64,000 nt of DNA. It comes from a virus. Taxonomy: Duplodnaviria > Heunggongvirae > Uroviricota > Caudoviricetes. Shown here piece by piece: positions 1 to 10,400 of the stretch. The number at the start of each line of letters is the position of its first letter. Positions within the stretch are counted from its first letter, which is position 1. The notes under the pieces are model-generated. The model saw nothing but the letters and a program-made list of their open reading frames with translations, was not told the DNA's origin and did no database searches. The translations under genes were made by a program, and so were the position numbers. The stretch covers positions 19,930 through 83,929 of IMG/VR virus record IMGVR_UViG_3300042881_003883, one strand, 5' to 3'.

Positions 1-3000
1 CAAAACTTTGTAAGAAACGAACAAACATCATCTATGACGGTGTTGAGTTCATCTTTCGCTCTTACTGCATCTTACGCATTAAATGCTGGTGAAGCTGGTA
101 GTGGTGGAACTGATTTATTCATTTACTATACAAGTTCGTTAGTACAAACTGAAACTGGAAAAATTAACTTTACTGGTTCTGGTGTAAGTGTAATTGATTC
201 TGGTTCTGATGGTATATTAGTAACTATCTTAGGTGGCGGTGGTACTGGTGATGGTGATTTACTATCATCTCAAACCGCATCAATGTATGTGTTCTCATCA
301 TCATTTGCATCAATAGCCGAATACGCATTAAACGCAGTTGGTGGTGGAAGTGGTACTGGTTTCCCATTTGAAGGTTATGCTGCACTAACGGGAAGTTTAA
401 ATGTATCGGGTAGTTTAATTGTAACTGGTAGTACATTCATACAAAATTTACCATTAGGTTCAACAAATTTAGTGGTTACCTATAACCCAACAACTGGAAG
501 ATTAGAACAACAATCAATCGATGCAGCTGTTGGTACGAGTGGAGTAGATGGTACATCTGGAACTGGTGGTACATCTGGAACTGGTGGTACATCTGGAACA
601 AGCGGAACGAGTGGAACGAGTGGAAGTAGTGGAACTTCTGGTACGAGTGGAACATCAGGTACATCTGGAACATCAGGTACATCTGGAACAAATGGTACGT
701 CTGGTTCATCTGGGACAAGTGGAACAAGTGGAACATCTGGAACGTCTGGTACTTCAGCAACATCTGGAACATCTGGAACGTCTGGTACTTCTGGAAGTAG
801 TGGAAGTAGTGGTTCATCTGGAACAAGTGGGACAAGTGGAACATCTGGAACGTCTGGTACTTCAGCAACATCTGGAAGTAGTGGAACATCTGGTTCTTCT
901 GGAAGTAGTGGTTCTTCTGGAACATCTGGTTCAAGTGGTTCTTCTGGAACATCTGGTTCAAGTGGTTCAAGTGGTAGTAGTGGTTCATCTGGAACATCTG
1001 GTTCAAGCGGAAGTAGTGGTTCAAGCGGAAGTAGTGGAAGTAGTGGAACCTCTGGTTCATCAGGTTCGTCTGGTTCATCTGGAACAAGCGGAACGAGTGG
1101 AAGTAGTGGAAGTAGTGGTTCTTCAGGAACATCAGGTTCGTCTGGAACCTCTGGTTCATCAGGTTCATCTGGAACAAGTGGTTCAAGTGGAAGTAGTGGT
1201 ACGAGTGGAACGTCTGGTTCAAGTGGTACTACTGGTACATCTGGTTCTTCGGGAACATCGGGCACTTCTGGTTCTTCTGGAACATCTGGTAGAGAAGGTG
1301 GTAGACTTTTCGAAGTAATTAATGATGGATTCAATTATGCATTTGATGGATATGATGATGCTACATTCCCAACCTTAACATTAGTAAGAGGTGAATTATT
1401 TTACTTTGATGTAAGTGGAGTTTCAGCATCACACCCATTTGCATTAAGATTATCAAGCGGTAATACTTCAGTTGTAGATGGTACAATAAATAATGACCCA
1501 TTAAATGGATTAGCTGGAACAACTGATTTAATAGCATATAGAGTACCTGAAGATGCACCAAACAATATTGTTTATCAATGTGCAGTTCATTCATCAATGA
1601 TTGGAATTATTGAAATTGTTGATAAAAACGGAACTTCTGGTACATCTGGTACTTCTGGTAGTAGTGGAACATCTGGTACGAGTGGAACTTCAGGTTCTTC
1701 TGGGACAAGTGGAACCTCTGGTTCTTCTGGAACAAGTGGAAGTAGTGGTACTTCTGGTACCTCTGGAACGAGTGGTAGTAGTGGAACTTCTGGTTCAAGT
1801 GGTAGTAGTGGTTCAAGTGGAAGTAGTGGAAGTAGTGGAACATCGGGTTCATCAGGAAGTAGTGGAAGTAGTGGGACATCGGGTTCTTCTGGTTCATCTG
1901 GTTCATCTGGTTCGTCTGGAACGAGTGGAACGAGTGGAAGTAGTGGTTCTTCTGGTACGAGTGGTACGAGCGGTGAAAGTGGTTCATCTGGAACTTCTGG
2001 TTCAAGCGGGACAAGTGGAGTTGATGGTACTTCTGGTTCAAGTGGAACAAGCGGATTAGATGGAACATCGGGTACATCTGGTACATCGGGAACTTCTGGC
2101 ACTTCTGGTACATCTGGGACAAGTGGTACATCGGGAACTTCTGGAACTTCTGGAACTAGTGGTGAGAATGGTTCATCTGGAACATCTGGTTCTTCTGGAA
2201 CATCGGGAACGAGTGGAACATCAGGTACATCTGGAACAAGTGCAACATCTGGAACCTCTGGTACAAACGGAACGAGTGGAAGTAGTGGTACTTCTGGTTC
2301 ATCTGGTTCAACCGGTACTGATGGTACATCGGGAAGTAGTGGTTCTTCTGGGACAAGTGGTACGAGTGGTTCAAATGGAACAAGCGGAAGTAGTGGAACA
2401 TCTGGAACAAGTGGTTCAACGGGAACGGATGGGACAAGTGGTTCTTCTGGAACAAGTGGTACGAGTGGTTCGAATGGTACATCAGGAAGTAGTGGTACTT
2501 CTGGTTCTTCTGGTTCAACTGGTAGTAGTGGAACTTCTGGTACTTCTGGTTCTTCTGGGACAAGTGGGACAAGTGGTTCGAATGGAACGAGTGGAAGTAG
2601 TGGAACTTCTGGTTCAAGTGGTTCAACGGGAACGGATGGTACATCTGGTTCATCTGGTTCATCTGGAACAAGTGGAGTTGATGGAACGAGTGGAAGTAGT
2701 GGAACTTCTGGTTCAACTGGAACGGATGGTACATCTGGTTCATATGGTACATCTGGAACAAGTGGTTTATCTGGTTCAAATGGTACATCTGGAACTTCAG
2801 GTTTAAATGGAACTTCAGGTTCGTCTGGTACAAGTGGTTCATCTGGTTCATCTGGTACTAATGGTACGTCTGGTTCATCGGGAATTAGTGGAACTTCTGG
2901 GACAAGTGGAAGTAGTGGAAGTAGTGGTACATCTGGTTCAAGTGGTACATCTGGAACATCTGGAACCGCAGGTACATCTGGTTTAGATGGAACTTTATTT

Positions 3001-5346
3001 GGAAGTAGTGGTACTTCGGGTTCTTCTGGTTCAACTGGAACATCGGGAAGTAGTGGAACTTCTGGAACAAGTGGAGTTGATGGAACATTCTTCGGTTCTT
3101 CTGGTTCATCGGGTACTTCTGGTACAAGTGGAAGTAGTGGAACAAGTGGTTTGAGTGGTTCAAGCGGTACATCTGGAACTTCTGGAACAAGCGGACAAGA
3201 TGGAACATTCTTTGGTTCATCTGGAACCTCTGGAACATCTGGTGTTGGTACTAATGGTACATCCGGTTCAAGTGGTACATCTGGAACTTCTGGAACAAGC
3301 GGACAAGATGGAACATTCTTTGGAAGTAATGGAACTGCTGGTACATCTGGTACATCTGGTTCATCTGGAACAAGCGGAAGTAGTGGAACTGCTGGTACGT
3401 CTGGAACAAGCGGACAAGATGGAACTTTATTTGGAAGTAGTGGTACATCTGGTACATCAGGTCAAAGTGGTTCATCAGGTACTTCTGGTTTAGGTACAAA
3501 CGGAACCTCTGGAACAAGCGGACAAGATGGAACTTTATTTGGAAGTAGTGGAACATCTGGAACAAGTGGTCAAAGTGGTTCATCAGGTACTTCTGGTTTA
3601 GGTACAAACGGAACCTCTGGGACTAGTGGACAAGATGGAACTTTATTTGGAAGTAGTGGAACATCTGGGACAAGTGGTGAAAGTGGTTCATCTGGTACAA
3701 GTGGTATTGGGACAAATGGAACATCAGGTACTTCTGGACAAGATGGAACTTTATTCGGTTCGTCTGGAACATCTGGTACAAGTGGTGAAAGTGGTTCATC
3801 AGGAACATCTGGGTTAGGTACAAATGGTACTTCTGGAACAAGTGGACAGGATGGTACGTTATTCGGTTCATCTGGTACATCTGGAACATCAGGTGAAAGT
3901 GGTTCATCTGGTACTTCTGGGTTAGGTACAAATGGAACATCAGGTACTTCTGGGCAAGATGGAACTTTATTCGGTTCATCTGGAACATCTGGTACATCAG
4001 GTGAAAGTGGTTCGTCTGGAACATCTGGTGTTGGAACTAATGGAACATCGGGTACTTCTGGACAAGATGGAACTTTATTTGGTTCGTCTGGTACAAGCGG
4101 AACATCAGGTGAAAGTGGTTCTTCTGGAACATCTGGAGTTGGTACGAATGGAACATCAGGTACTTCTGGACAAGATGGAACATTATTTGGTTCATCAGGT
4201 ACTTCTGGTACAAGTGGTGAAAGTGGCTCATCTGGTACTTCTGGTATAACGGGCACCGCTGGTACTTCGGGAACATCTGGACAGGATGGAACTTTATTTG
4301 GTTCTTCTGGAACATCGGGAACATCTGGTATTGGTACTGATGGTACATCTGGTATAACGGGTACTGCTGGAACATCTGGGACAAGTGGACAAGATGGAAC
4401 TTTATTTGGAAGTAGTGGTTCTTCTGGAACAAGCGGAGTAAGTGGAAGTAATGGAACATCTGGCATTGGAACAAATGGTTCATCTGGAACAAGTGGACAA
4501 GATGGAACTTTATTCGGAAGTAGTGGTACTTCTGGTACATCTGGATTAGGTACTAATGGTACATCTGGATTAGGTACTAATGGTACTTCTGGAACATCTG
4601 GGCAGGATGGAACTTTATTTGGTTCATCCGGTACATCTGGTACATCGGGTTCATCTGGATTGGGTACAAATGGTTCATCTGGAACCGCAGGTACATCTGG
4701 TTTAGATGGAACTTTATTTGGAAGTAGTGGTTCATCTGGAACATCTGGAATGGCTGGTTCAAGTGGTTCAAGTGGTTTAAGTGGTACATCTGGTATTACT
4801 GGTGATGGTGGTTCATCTGGTACATCTGGTTCATCTGGGATATCGGCTACAATTACTGGAACTACTAATAACGGAGTTCTTACACTAAATGGGTCATCAC
4901 CCAATATTACAGCTGAAAGTGGACTTACTTATGATGGTACTTTATTAGATGTAACGGGTAACGCAACTATATCAGGTAATATAACTGGAAATAATGTAAC
5001 TGCAAATACATCAGTTTATACACCTAACTTTAGAGAATTATTTTCTAATTTAGGTACGGGTGGAAGTGTAACAATTAATTTAACAACTGCAAATAATTTT
5101 AGATATACGGCTAATGCAAATGTTACTTACACATTCTCAAACCCACCATCATCTCCTCAGGGATTTGGATTTACGTTGGTTTATGTGAATGGTGGTAACT
5201 TTACAACAACATGGCCGGCATCAGTAGATTGGGCTGGTGGTATAGCACCTGCGTTAACTGCAAATGGAACTGATATTTTAGTATTCTATACTTATGATGG
5301 TGGAACAACATATTATGGATTCTTATCCGCAGCAAATTTAAGTTAA
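1..5346 (+). CDS. Giant tail-fibre-like virion protein, 5'-partial; Gly-X-X tracts, internal cupredoxin-like domain, C-terminal beta-rich tip domain
   Basis: Frame 1 is open from base 1 (QNFVRNEQTSSMTV...), so the true start lies left of the window. More than 1200 aa of GTS/GSS triplets. C-terminus TWPASVDWAGGIAPALT...DILVFYTYDGGTTYYG resembles phage fibre ends. A fibre chaperone gene lies just downstream. Confidence 0.8.
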   Translation, partial: QNFVRNEQTSSMTVLSSSFALTASYALNAGEAGSGGTDLFIYYTSSLVQTETGKINFTGSGVSVIDSGSDGILVTILGGGGTGDGDLLSSQTASMYVFSSSFASIAEYALNAVGGGSGTGFPFEGYAALTGSLNVSGSLIVTGSTFIQNLPLGSTNLVVTYNPTTGRLEQQSIDAAVGTSGVDGTSGTGGTSGTGGTSGTSGTSGTSGSSGTSGTSGTSGTSGTSGTSGTNGTSGSSGTSGTSGTSGTSGTSATSGTSGTSGTSGSSGSSGSSGTSGTSGTSGTSGTSATSGSSGTSGSSGSSGSSGTSGSSGSSGTSGSSGSSGSSGSSGTSGSSGSSGSSGSSGSSGTSGSSGSSGSSGTSGTSGSSGSSGSSGTSGSSGTSGSSGSSGTSGSSGSSGTSGTSGSSGTTGTSGSSGTSGTSGSSGTSGREGGRLFEVINDGFNYAFDGYDDATFPTLTLVRGELFYFDVSGVSASHPFALRLSSGNTSVVDGTINNDPLNGLAGTTDLIAYRVPEDAPNNIVYQCAVHSSMIGIIEIVDKNGTSGTSGTSGSSGTSGTSGTSGSSGTSGTSGSSGTSGSSGTSGTSGTSGSSGTSGSSGSSGSSGSSGSSGTSGSSGSSGSSGTSGSSGSSGSSGSSGTSGTSGSSGSSGTSGTSGESGSSGTSGSSGTSGVDGTSGSSGTSGLDGTSGTSGTSGTSGTSGTSGTSGTSGTSGTSGTSGENGSSGTSGSSGTSGTSGTSGTSGTSATSGTSGTNGTSGSSGTSGSSGSTGTDGTSGSSGSSGTSGTSGSNGTSGSSGTSGTSGSTGTDGTSGSSGTSGTSGSNGTSGSSGTSGSSGSTGSSGTSGTSGSSGTSGTSGSNGTSGSSGTSGSSGSTGTDGTSGSSGSSGTSGVDGTSGSSGTSGSTGTDGTSGSYGTSGTSGLSGSNGTSGTSGLNGTSGSSGTSGSSGSSGTNGTSGSSGISGTSGTSGSSGSSGTSGSSGTSGTSGTAGTSGLDGTLFGSSGTSGSSGSTGTSGSSGTSGTSGVDGTFFGSSGSSGTSGTSGSSGTSGLSGSSGTSGTSGTSGQDGTFFGSSGTSGTSGVGTNGTSGSSGTSGTSGTSGQDGTFFGSNGTAGTSGTSGSSGTSGSSGTAGTSGTSGQDGTLFGSSGTSGTSGQSGSSGTSGLGTNGTSGTSGQDGTLFGSSGTSGTSGQSGSSGTSGLGTNGTSGTSGQDGTLFGSSGTSGTSGESGSSGTSGIGTNGTSGTSGQDGTLFGSSGTSGTSGESGSSGTSGLGTNGTSGTSGQDGTLFGSSGTSGTSGESGSSGTSGLGTNGTSGTSGQDGTLFGSSGTSGTSGESGSSGTSGVGTNGTSGTSGQDGTLFGSSGTSGTSGESGSSGTSGVGTNGTSGTSGQDGTLFGSSGTSGTSGESGSSGTSGITGTAGTSGTSGQDGTLFGSSGTSGTSGIGTDGTSGITGTAGTSGTSGQDGTLFGSSGSSGTSGVSGSNGTSGIGTNGSSGTSGQDGTLFGSSGTSGTSGLGTNGTSGLGTNGTSGTSGQDGTLFGSSGTSGTSGSSGLGTNGSSGTAGTSGLDGTLFGSSGSSGTSGMAGSSGSSGLSGTSGITGDGGSSGTSGSSGISATITGTTNNGVLTLNGSSPNITAESGLTYDGTLLDVTGNATISGNITGNNVTANTSVYTPNFRELFSNLGTGGSVTINLTTANNFRYTANANVTYTFSNPPSSPQGFGFTLVYVNGGNFTTTWPASVDWAGGIAPALTANGTDILVFYTYDGGTTYYGFLSAANLS
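532..1290 (+). repeat. Coding Gly-X-X (GTS/GSS) tract 1
   Basis: Degenerate 9-nt period (ggaacatct/ggttcatct/ggaagtagt). Confidence 0.95.
1630..4839 (+). repeat. Coding Gly-X-X tract 2, including 17 DGT(L/F)FGS units (core period 108 nt = 36 aa)
   Basis: caagat at 3415 and 3523 (108 nt apart); 17 units counted in the translation between about 2986 and 4725. Confidence 0.95.
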
Positions 5347-5353
5347 GAAAGTT

Positions 5354-6232
5354 ATGAGTATAGCAAGAAGATTAGTAACAGCAGCCGGTGGTAGTGAGGT
5401 ACTACCATTTCAATTCCAACTAACAGTTGGTGCTGGGCAATTATTTGAATTACCTTTAGTAACTGTTGGTGGTACTCAACCAAAAGTTCAAGTAGGATGG
5501 GGTGATGGTAATTCATCACCTATTATAGAAAGTGTAACTGATATTAATAGATTTCATACATATGCAACCGCTGGTACATATACGGTATCTGTAATTGGTT
5601 CACTACCTGGATTTAGGGTTGATAATAGTACATATAGAGTATTATATACTGCGATACTTGATTGGGGAAATGTTGGATTAAGAAGTATTAACTTTTATGG
5701 ATGTACAAATATAACATCAATACCTGGTGGTGCAATTGGTTTAAGTAGAATAACTCAATTTAACAATACATTTAGGGGTACTGGTATAACATCAATCCCA
5801 TCTGATTTATTTAGTTATTCTCCAATAGTATTGGATTTTATAGATACATTTTCATTTACAAGAATAACATCAGTTCCAAACAATTTATTTGATGAATGTA
5901 CTTTAGTAACATCATTTAACTCAACTTTTAACGCATGTACATCATTAGTGAGTGTACCAAATGAATTATTCAGATATAATACACAAGTAATTAACTTTTC
6001 ATCTACATTTAGAAATAATAGAGCGTTAACAAATATACCAACATTTTCATATAATCCAAATGTTACGGTATTTACGAATATATTTAATATGAGTTCCATA
6101 ACCAATGGTTCAGCTAGTTGGGGAACTGTTGAAGCACTTTGGTCTAGGTCACCTGAACCATTAGGTACAAACGCATTTAACAATTGTACTGGAATTACAA
6201 ATTACGCATCAATACCTGTAAATTGGAAATAA
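5354..6232 (+). CDS. Putative fibre-tip/adhesin: PKD-like N-terminus plus BspA/DUF285-like leucine-rich repeats
   Basis: VGWGDGNS (PKD-like); repeated F..TF..T.ITSIP.DLF units of about 23-25 aa; lies between a fibre gene and a chaperone gene. Confidence 0.6.
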   Translation: MSIARRLVTAAGGSEVLPFQFQLTVGAGQLFELPLVTVGGTQPKVQVGWGDGNSSPIIESVTDINRFHTYATAGTYTVSVIGSLPGFRVDNSTYRVLYTAILDWGNVGLRSINFYGCTNITSIPGGAIGLSRITQFNNTFRGTGITSIPSDLFSYSPIVLDFIDTFSFTRITSVPNNLFDECTLVTSFNSTFNACTSLVSVPNELFRYNTQVINFSSTFRNNRALTNIPTFSYNPNVTVFTNIFNMSSITNGSASWGTVEALWSRSPEPLGTNAFNNCTGITNYASIPVNWK

Positions 6233-6239
6233 TAAAGAT

Positions 6240-6692
6240 ATGTATTTAAAATTAGAAAACGGAAATATAAGATATCCTTACACAATTAGTGAACTTAAAT
6301 TGGAAAATCCAAATACAAGTTTCCCTGCGGTGTTAACTAATGAGGTATTAGAATCATTTGATGTATATTATGTAGAAGCTACTGAATATACTGATGATTA
6401 TACAAAAAACATAGAGGAAGGTACTCCAATCCTATCCGATTCATCATATATTCAAGTTTGGAATATAACCGATGCAACTGAATCAGAAATTTCAGTAAAA
6501 CTTGAAGAAAAATGGGTAGAAATTAGAATTATGAGAGATGCTTTATTAGCACAATCAGATTGGACCCAATTTCAAGACTCACCTATAAGTGGTACTACTT
6601 TAGTTGAGTGGCAAACATATAGACAATCTTTAAGAGATGTAACATCTCAACAAAATCCATATAATTTAAGCTGGCCGGCTAAACCAATGTAG
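6240..6692 (+). CDS. Tail fibre assembly chaperone (Phage_tail_APC-like)
   Basis: W.EIR..RDALLAQSDWTQ..D....W..YRQ.LRD.......WP.KP motif. Confidence 0.8.
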   Translation: MYLKLENGNIRYPYTISELKLENPNTSFPAVLTNEVLESFDVYYVEATEYTDDYTKNIEEGTPILSDSSYIQVWNITDATESEISVKLEEKWVEIRIMRDALLAQSDWTQFQDSPISGTTLVEWQTYRQSLRDVTSQQNPYNLSWPAKPM

Positions 6693-6708
6693 TAAAAGAA
6701 ATTTGTTT

Positions 6709-6717
6709 ATATTTATA
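6709..6717 (+). promoter_or_regulatory. Putative late promoter motif ATATTTATA
   Basis: Recurrent intergenic motif upstream of structural genes. Confidence 0.55.
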
Positions 6718-6743
6718 CCTATAAAGAATGGAATAAATAGCAA

Positions 6744-7064
6744 ATGAGAATAGATGCACCAAGTTTTTCGGGCTCAATTAACCAAGCACCTTCCGCATAT
6801 GCAACCCTAAGTGGTTCATTTACTGGAAGTTTTACTGGTTCCTTTAAGGGAGATATTGAAGTAACAACTGCTGAATTTACTAACCTAAGTGTAAAAGATA
6901 GTTTACGATTAGGGTATGATAAAGGTAATACTACTCAATATGTATTGGTATCAAGTGGCTCTATTGCGGTTTCTGGTTCGATAGATTTACAAGGCGGTTC
7001 ATTTAATGTGGATGGTGTAAATGTATTGGATTCAGCGATAGCATTTGCGATTGCATTGGGATAA
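6744..7064 (+). CDS. Hypothetical virion protein
   Basis: 106-aa ORF with GSFTGSFTGSF and a C-terminal AIAFAIALG; structural-gene context. Confidence 0.6.
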   Translation: MRIDAPSFSGSINQAPSAYATLSGSFTGSFTGSFKGDIEVTTAEFTNLSVKDSLRLGYDKGNTTQYVLVSSGSIAVSGSIDLQGGSFNVDGVNVLDSAIAFAIALG

Positions 7065-7075
7065 AAAAATAAAAT

Positions 7076-7408
7076 ATGGCAAATACATTTAAAAATAGTG
7101 TTAAAGGACCAGCCGGAACGGGTGGTTTAAGTGTTTATACGACTCCATCCAATGCTGTTGCAACGGTAATTGGGGTTAGTGTAGCAAATATTGTTGCTCA
7201 AAACATCAACGTTGATGTTCAGATAACTGATAACTCAGCTGGGGTAACAAAATATTTAATTAAAGGAGTATTAATTCCACAAGGTTCATCAACTATTTTA
7301 GTAGGTGGTGACCAAAAAGTAGTATTAGAAGCAAATGACTCTATTACTGTAACATCATCGGTGAACACATCAGCTGATGTTGTAGTATCAGTATTAGAAA
7401 TTACATAA
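7076..7408 (+). CDS. Hypothetical small virion protein (beta-rich)
   Basis: 110-aa ORF MANTFKNS...VVVSVLEIT, a type commonly seen beside fibre genes of large myoviruses. Confidence 0.6.
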   Translation: MANTFKNSVKGPAGTGGLSVYTTPSNAVATVIGVSVANIVAQNINVDVQITDNSAGVTKYLIKGVLIPQGSSTILVGGDQKVVLEANDSITVTSSVNTSADVVVSVLEIT

Positions 7409-7420
7409 ATATAAAGATTA

Positions 7421-10400
7421 ATGAAGTACGCAGGTAAGAATCCAAATGGTATTAATCAGGTCAGTCAAAGTTTACTATCGGTTGATGTAAACGGAGTACA
7501 GCAATTAACGGTATCAACGGCATCGTTAGATATCAACACTAAATTATCAGTTACTAATGGTGTTTTGGCATCATCATATACTGGTTCTGCTTTTAGTGGT
7601 AGTAAATTTGTTGGTTCTCAATTTTCCGGCTCATTCTCTGGTTCATTTAGTGGTGATGGTTCAAATTTAACCAAAATTCCATTTGAAGGATTAACCGCAG
7701 ATGCACAATCTAAAATTCAAAGTGGAGATGGGACAGCTAGAATATCAAATAATAAACTTTCTATAAATGTTAATACTGATATAACCGGTTCTTTATTAAC
7801 TACTGGAACGGTATCGGCATCTTTCTTAGCTGGAGATGGTTCAAACATAACAAATATATCAGCGGCATCGATTGGTGATATTAATCGATTAAAATCAGGT
7901 TCAGCAACCGCAACCATTTCTCCTAATAAAGGATTAGAAGTAAATGTAGGAATCGTAACTGAAAAATATTTAGGAGTTAGTGGTTCTGCTCAAATAGCTG
8001 GTAATTTAAATGTAGATGGTACAACAACTTTAAAAAGTTTAAATGTAGCAGGTACAATTACCGCAACTGAATTAAAAACAACATACATATCTTCATCAAT
8101 AATATTTTCATCTGGTTCCAATAAATTTGGTGACCAATCTTCGGATACGCATGAATTTACTGGTTCGTTAAGAGTTAAAGATACAATACAAATACCATCA
8201 TATACATCAAACCCAGTATCTGGTAAAGTTGGTGAAATATATTATAACACTTCAGATACTAACATATATCGTTGGACTGGATTGATATGGGAACCTGCGG
8301 CTGGTACGGCTGGTACATCAGGTACGAGTGGTACTTCAGGTACTTCAGGTACGTCTGGGACAAGTGGTACTTCTGGGACAAGTGGTAGTAGTGGTTCTTC
8401 TGGAGCTAGTGGTTCAAGTGGAAGTAGTGGTTCAAGTGGAAGTAGTGGAACATCTGGGACAAGTGGAACATCTGGTAGTGGTGGAACATCTGGTAGTGGT
8501 GGTTCATCTGGTACAAGCGGAAGTAGTGGTACGAGAGGAACTAGTGGTTCATCTGGAACTTCTGGGACATCTGGTACAAGCGGAAGTAGTGGAAGTAGTG
8601 GAAGTAGCGGTACATCTGGAACTTCTGGAACAAGTGGAACTTCAGGTTCATCTGGTTCAAGTGGATTCGGTTCAAGCGGAACATCTGGAAGTGGTGGAAC
8701 ATCTGGTACAAGTGGTACACGTGGTACCTCTGGTTCTTCTGGAACCTCTGGTTCATCTGGAACATCGGGTTCTTCTGGAATAAGTGGTTCGTCTGGAACA
8801 TCAGCAACAAGCGGAAGTGGTGGTACATCCGCAACAAGCGGAAGTAGTGGTTCAAGTGGAAGTAGTGGAACATCTGGTTCATCTGGTTCATCGGGAACGA
8901 GTGGTACTTCTGGAACAAGAGGAACTTCGGGAACTTCAGGAACTTCTGGGACTAGTGGGATATCTGGTTCGTCTGGTTCTTCTGGTTCTTCTGGAACATC
9001 TGGAACATCTGGAATATCTGGTTCAAGTGGTAGTAGTGGTTCAAGTGGAAGCTCGGGAACTTCTGGAACAAGTGGTACTCGTGGTACTTCTGGAACGAGT
9101 GGTATAGATGGAGTTGTTGGAGATGGTGGTACATCAGGTTCGTCTGGGAGTAGCGGTAGTAGCGGAACCTCTGGAAGTAGTGGTTCTTCTGGAACCTCTG
9201 GAACTAGCGGTTCATCAGGTACAAATTCAACGGCTGGTACGGGTGGAACGTCTGGTTCATCTGGAAGTAGTGGTTCATCTGGTACAAGTGGAACGAGTGG
9301 AACTTCAGGTTCTTCTGGGACAAGTGGAAGTAGTGGTTCTTCTGGAACATCTGGTTCTTCTGGAAGTAGTGGAACATCTGGAACATCTGGAACGAGTGGA
9401 ATAAATGGATTAATAGGAAGTAGTGGTACAGGTGGAACTGCTGGAACTGGTGGTACATCTGGAAGTAGTGGTTCGTCTGGAACATCTGGCACAAGCGGAA
9501 CTTCTGGAACATCTGGTACAAGCGGAACTTCTGGAACAAGAGGTACTGCTGGTAGTGGTGGTTCAAGTGGTTCTTCTGGAAGTAGTGGAACATCTGGAAC
9601 GAGTGGAACATCTGGTTCTTCTGGAAGTAGTGGAACTTCTGGGACAAGTGGAAGTAGTGGAACTTCTGGGACAAGTGGAAGTAGTGGAACTTCTGGAACA
9701 AGGGGTACTGCTGGTAGTGGTGGTTCATCTGGGACTAGTGGAAGTAGTGGAACATCTGGAAGTAGTGGAACTTCTGGTTCGTCTGGTTCAAGTGGAACTT
9801 CTGGAACGAGTGGAACTTCTGGAACGAGTGGAACATCTGGTAGTAGTGGAACATCTGGTTCATCTGGTGTATTAGCATTAACTGGTACAACTGATAATGG
9901 TGTAATCACATTAAACGGAACTGCACCAAACGCAACCGTTGAAAGTAATTTAAGATTCGATGGTACTACATTAGCAGTAACTGGTAACGCTACAATTAGT
10001 GGTGACCTTACTGTAAGTGGTACAACAACATATATTAATACAACAACTCTTAATGTAGGTGATAATATCATTACATTAAATGCAGATATTGGAGCAGCAA
10101 CTGCACCAACTGAAAATGCTGGTATAGAAGTTAAGAGAGGAAACGCAGCAACAAAACAATTTTATTGGAACGAATCAACTGATAGATGGTACGCTGATTC
10201 TGATTTACAATCTGCTGGTAATTTATATGGTACTCAAATAGATACTGGGCAAGGATTAACTGAAGTTCATTTGATGAACCAAAACGTTCGTACATCTGAT
10301 ACTATAACATTTGCTAGACTAAATCTTACAACAACAGGTAATGATTATTATTTTGCAGCAAATGGATTGACAATGACAAGTATCTCAACTGGTGAAACCA

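Noticed and set aside
2986-4725. 108-nt periodic repeats as a CRISPR array
   Set aside because: In-frame coding repeats that vary at synonymous sites; no constant repeat/unique spacer pattern and no cas genes.
224-4904. Long minus-strand PEVPDVP/MFQM ORFs and alternate-frame VVHLEHL ORFs
   Set aside because: Shadow frames of the Gly-Ser-Thr repeat; they coincide with the repeat and have no independent signals.
8242-10071. 609-aa minus-strand ORF and overlapping + frame ORFs
   Set aside because: Same shadow effect in the second fibre gene.
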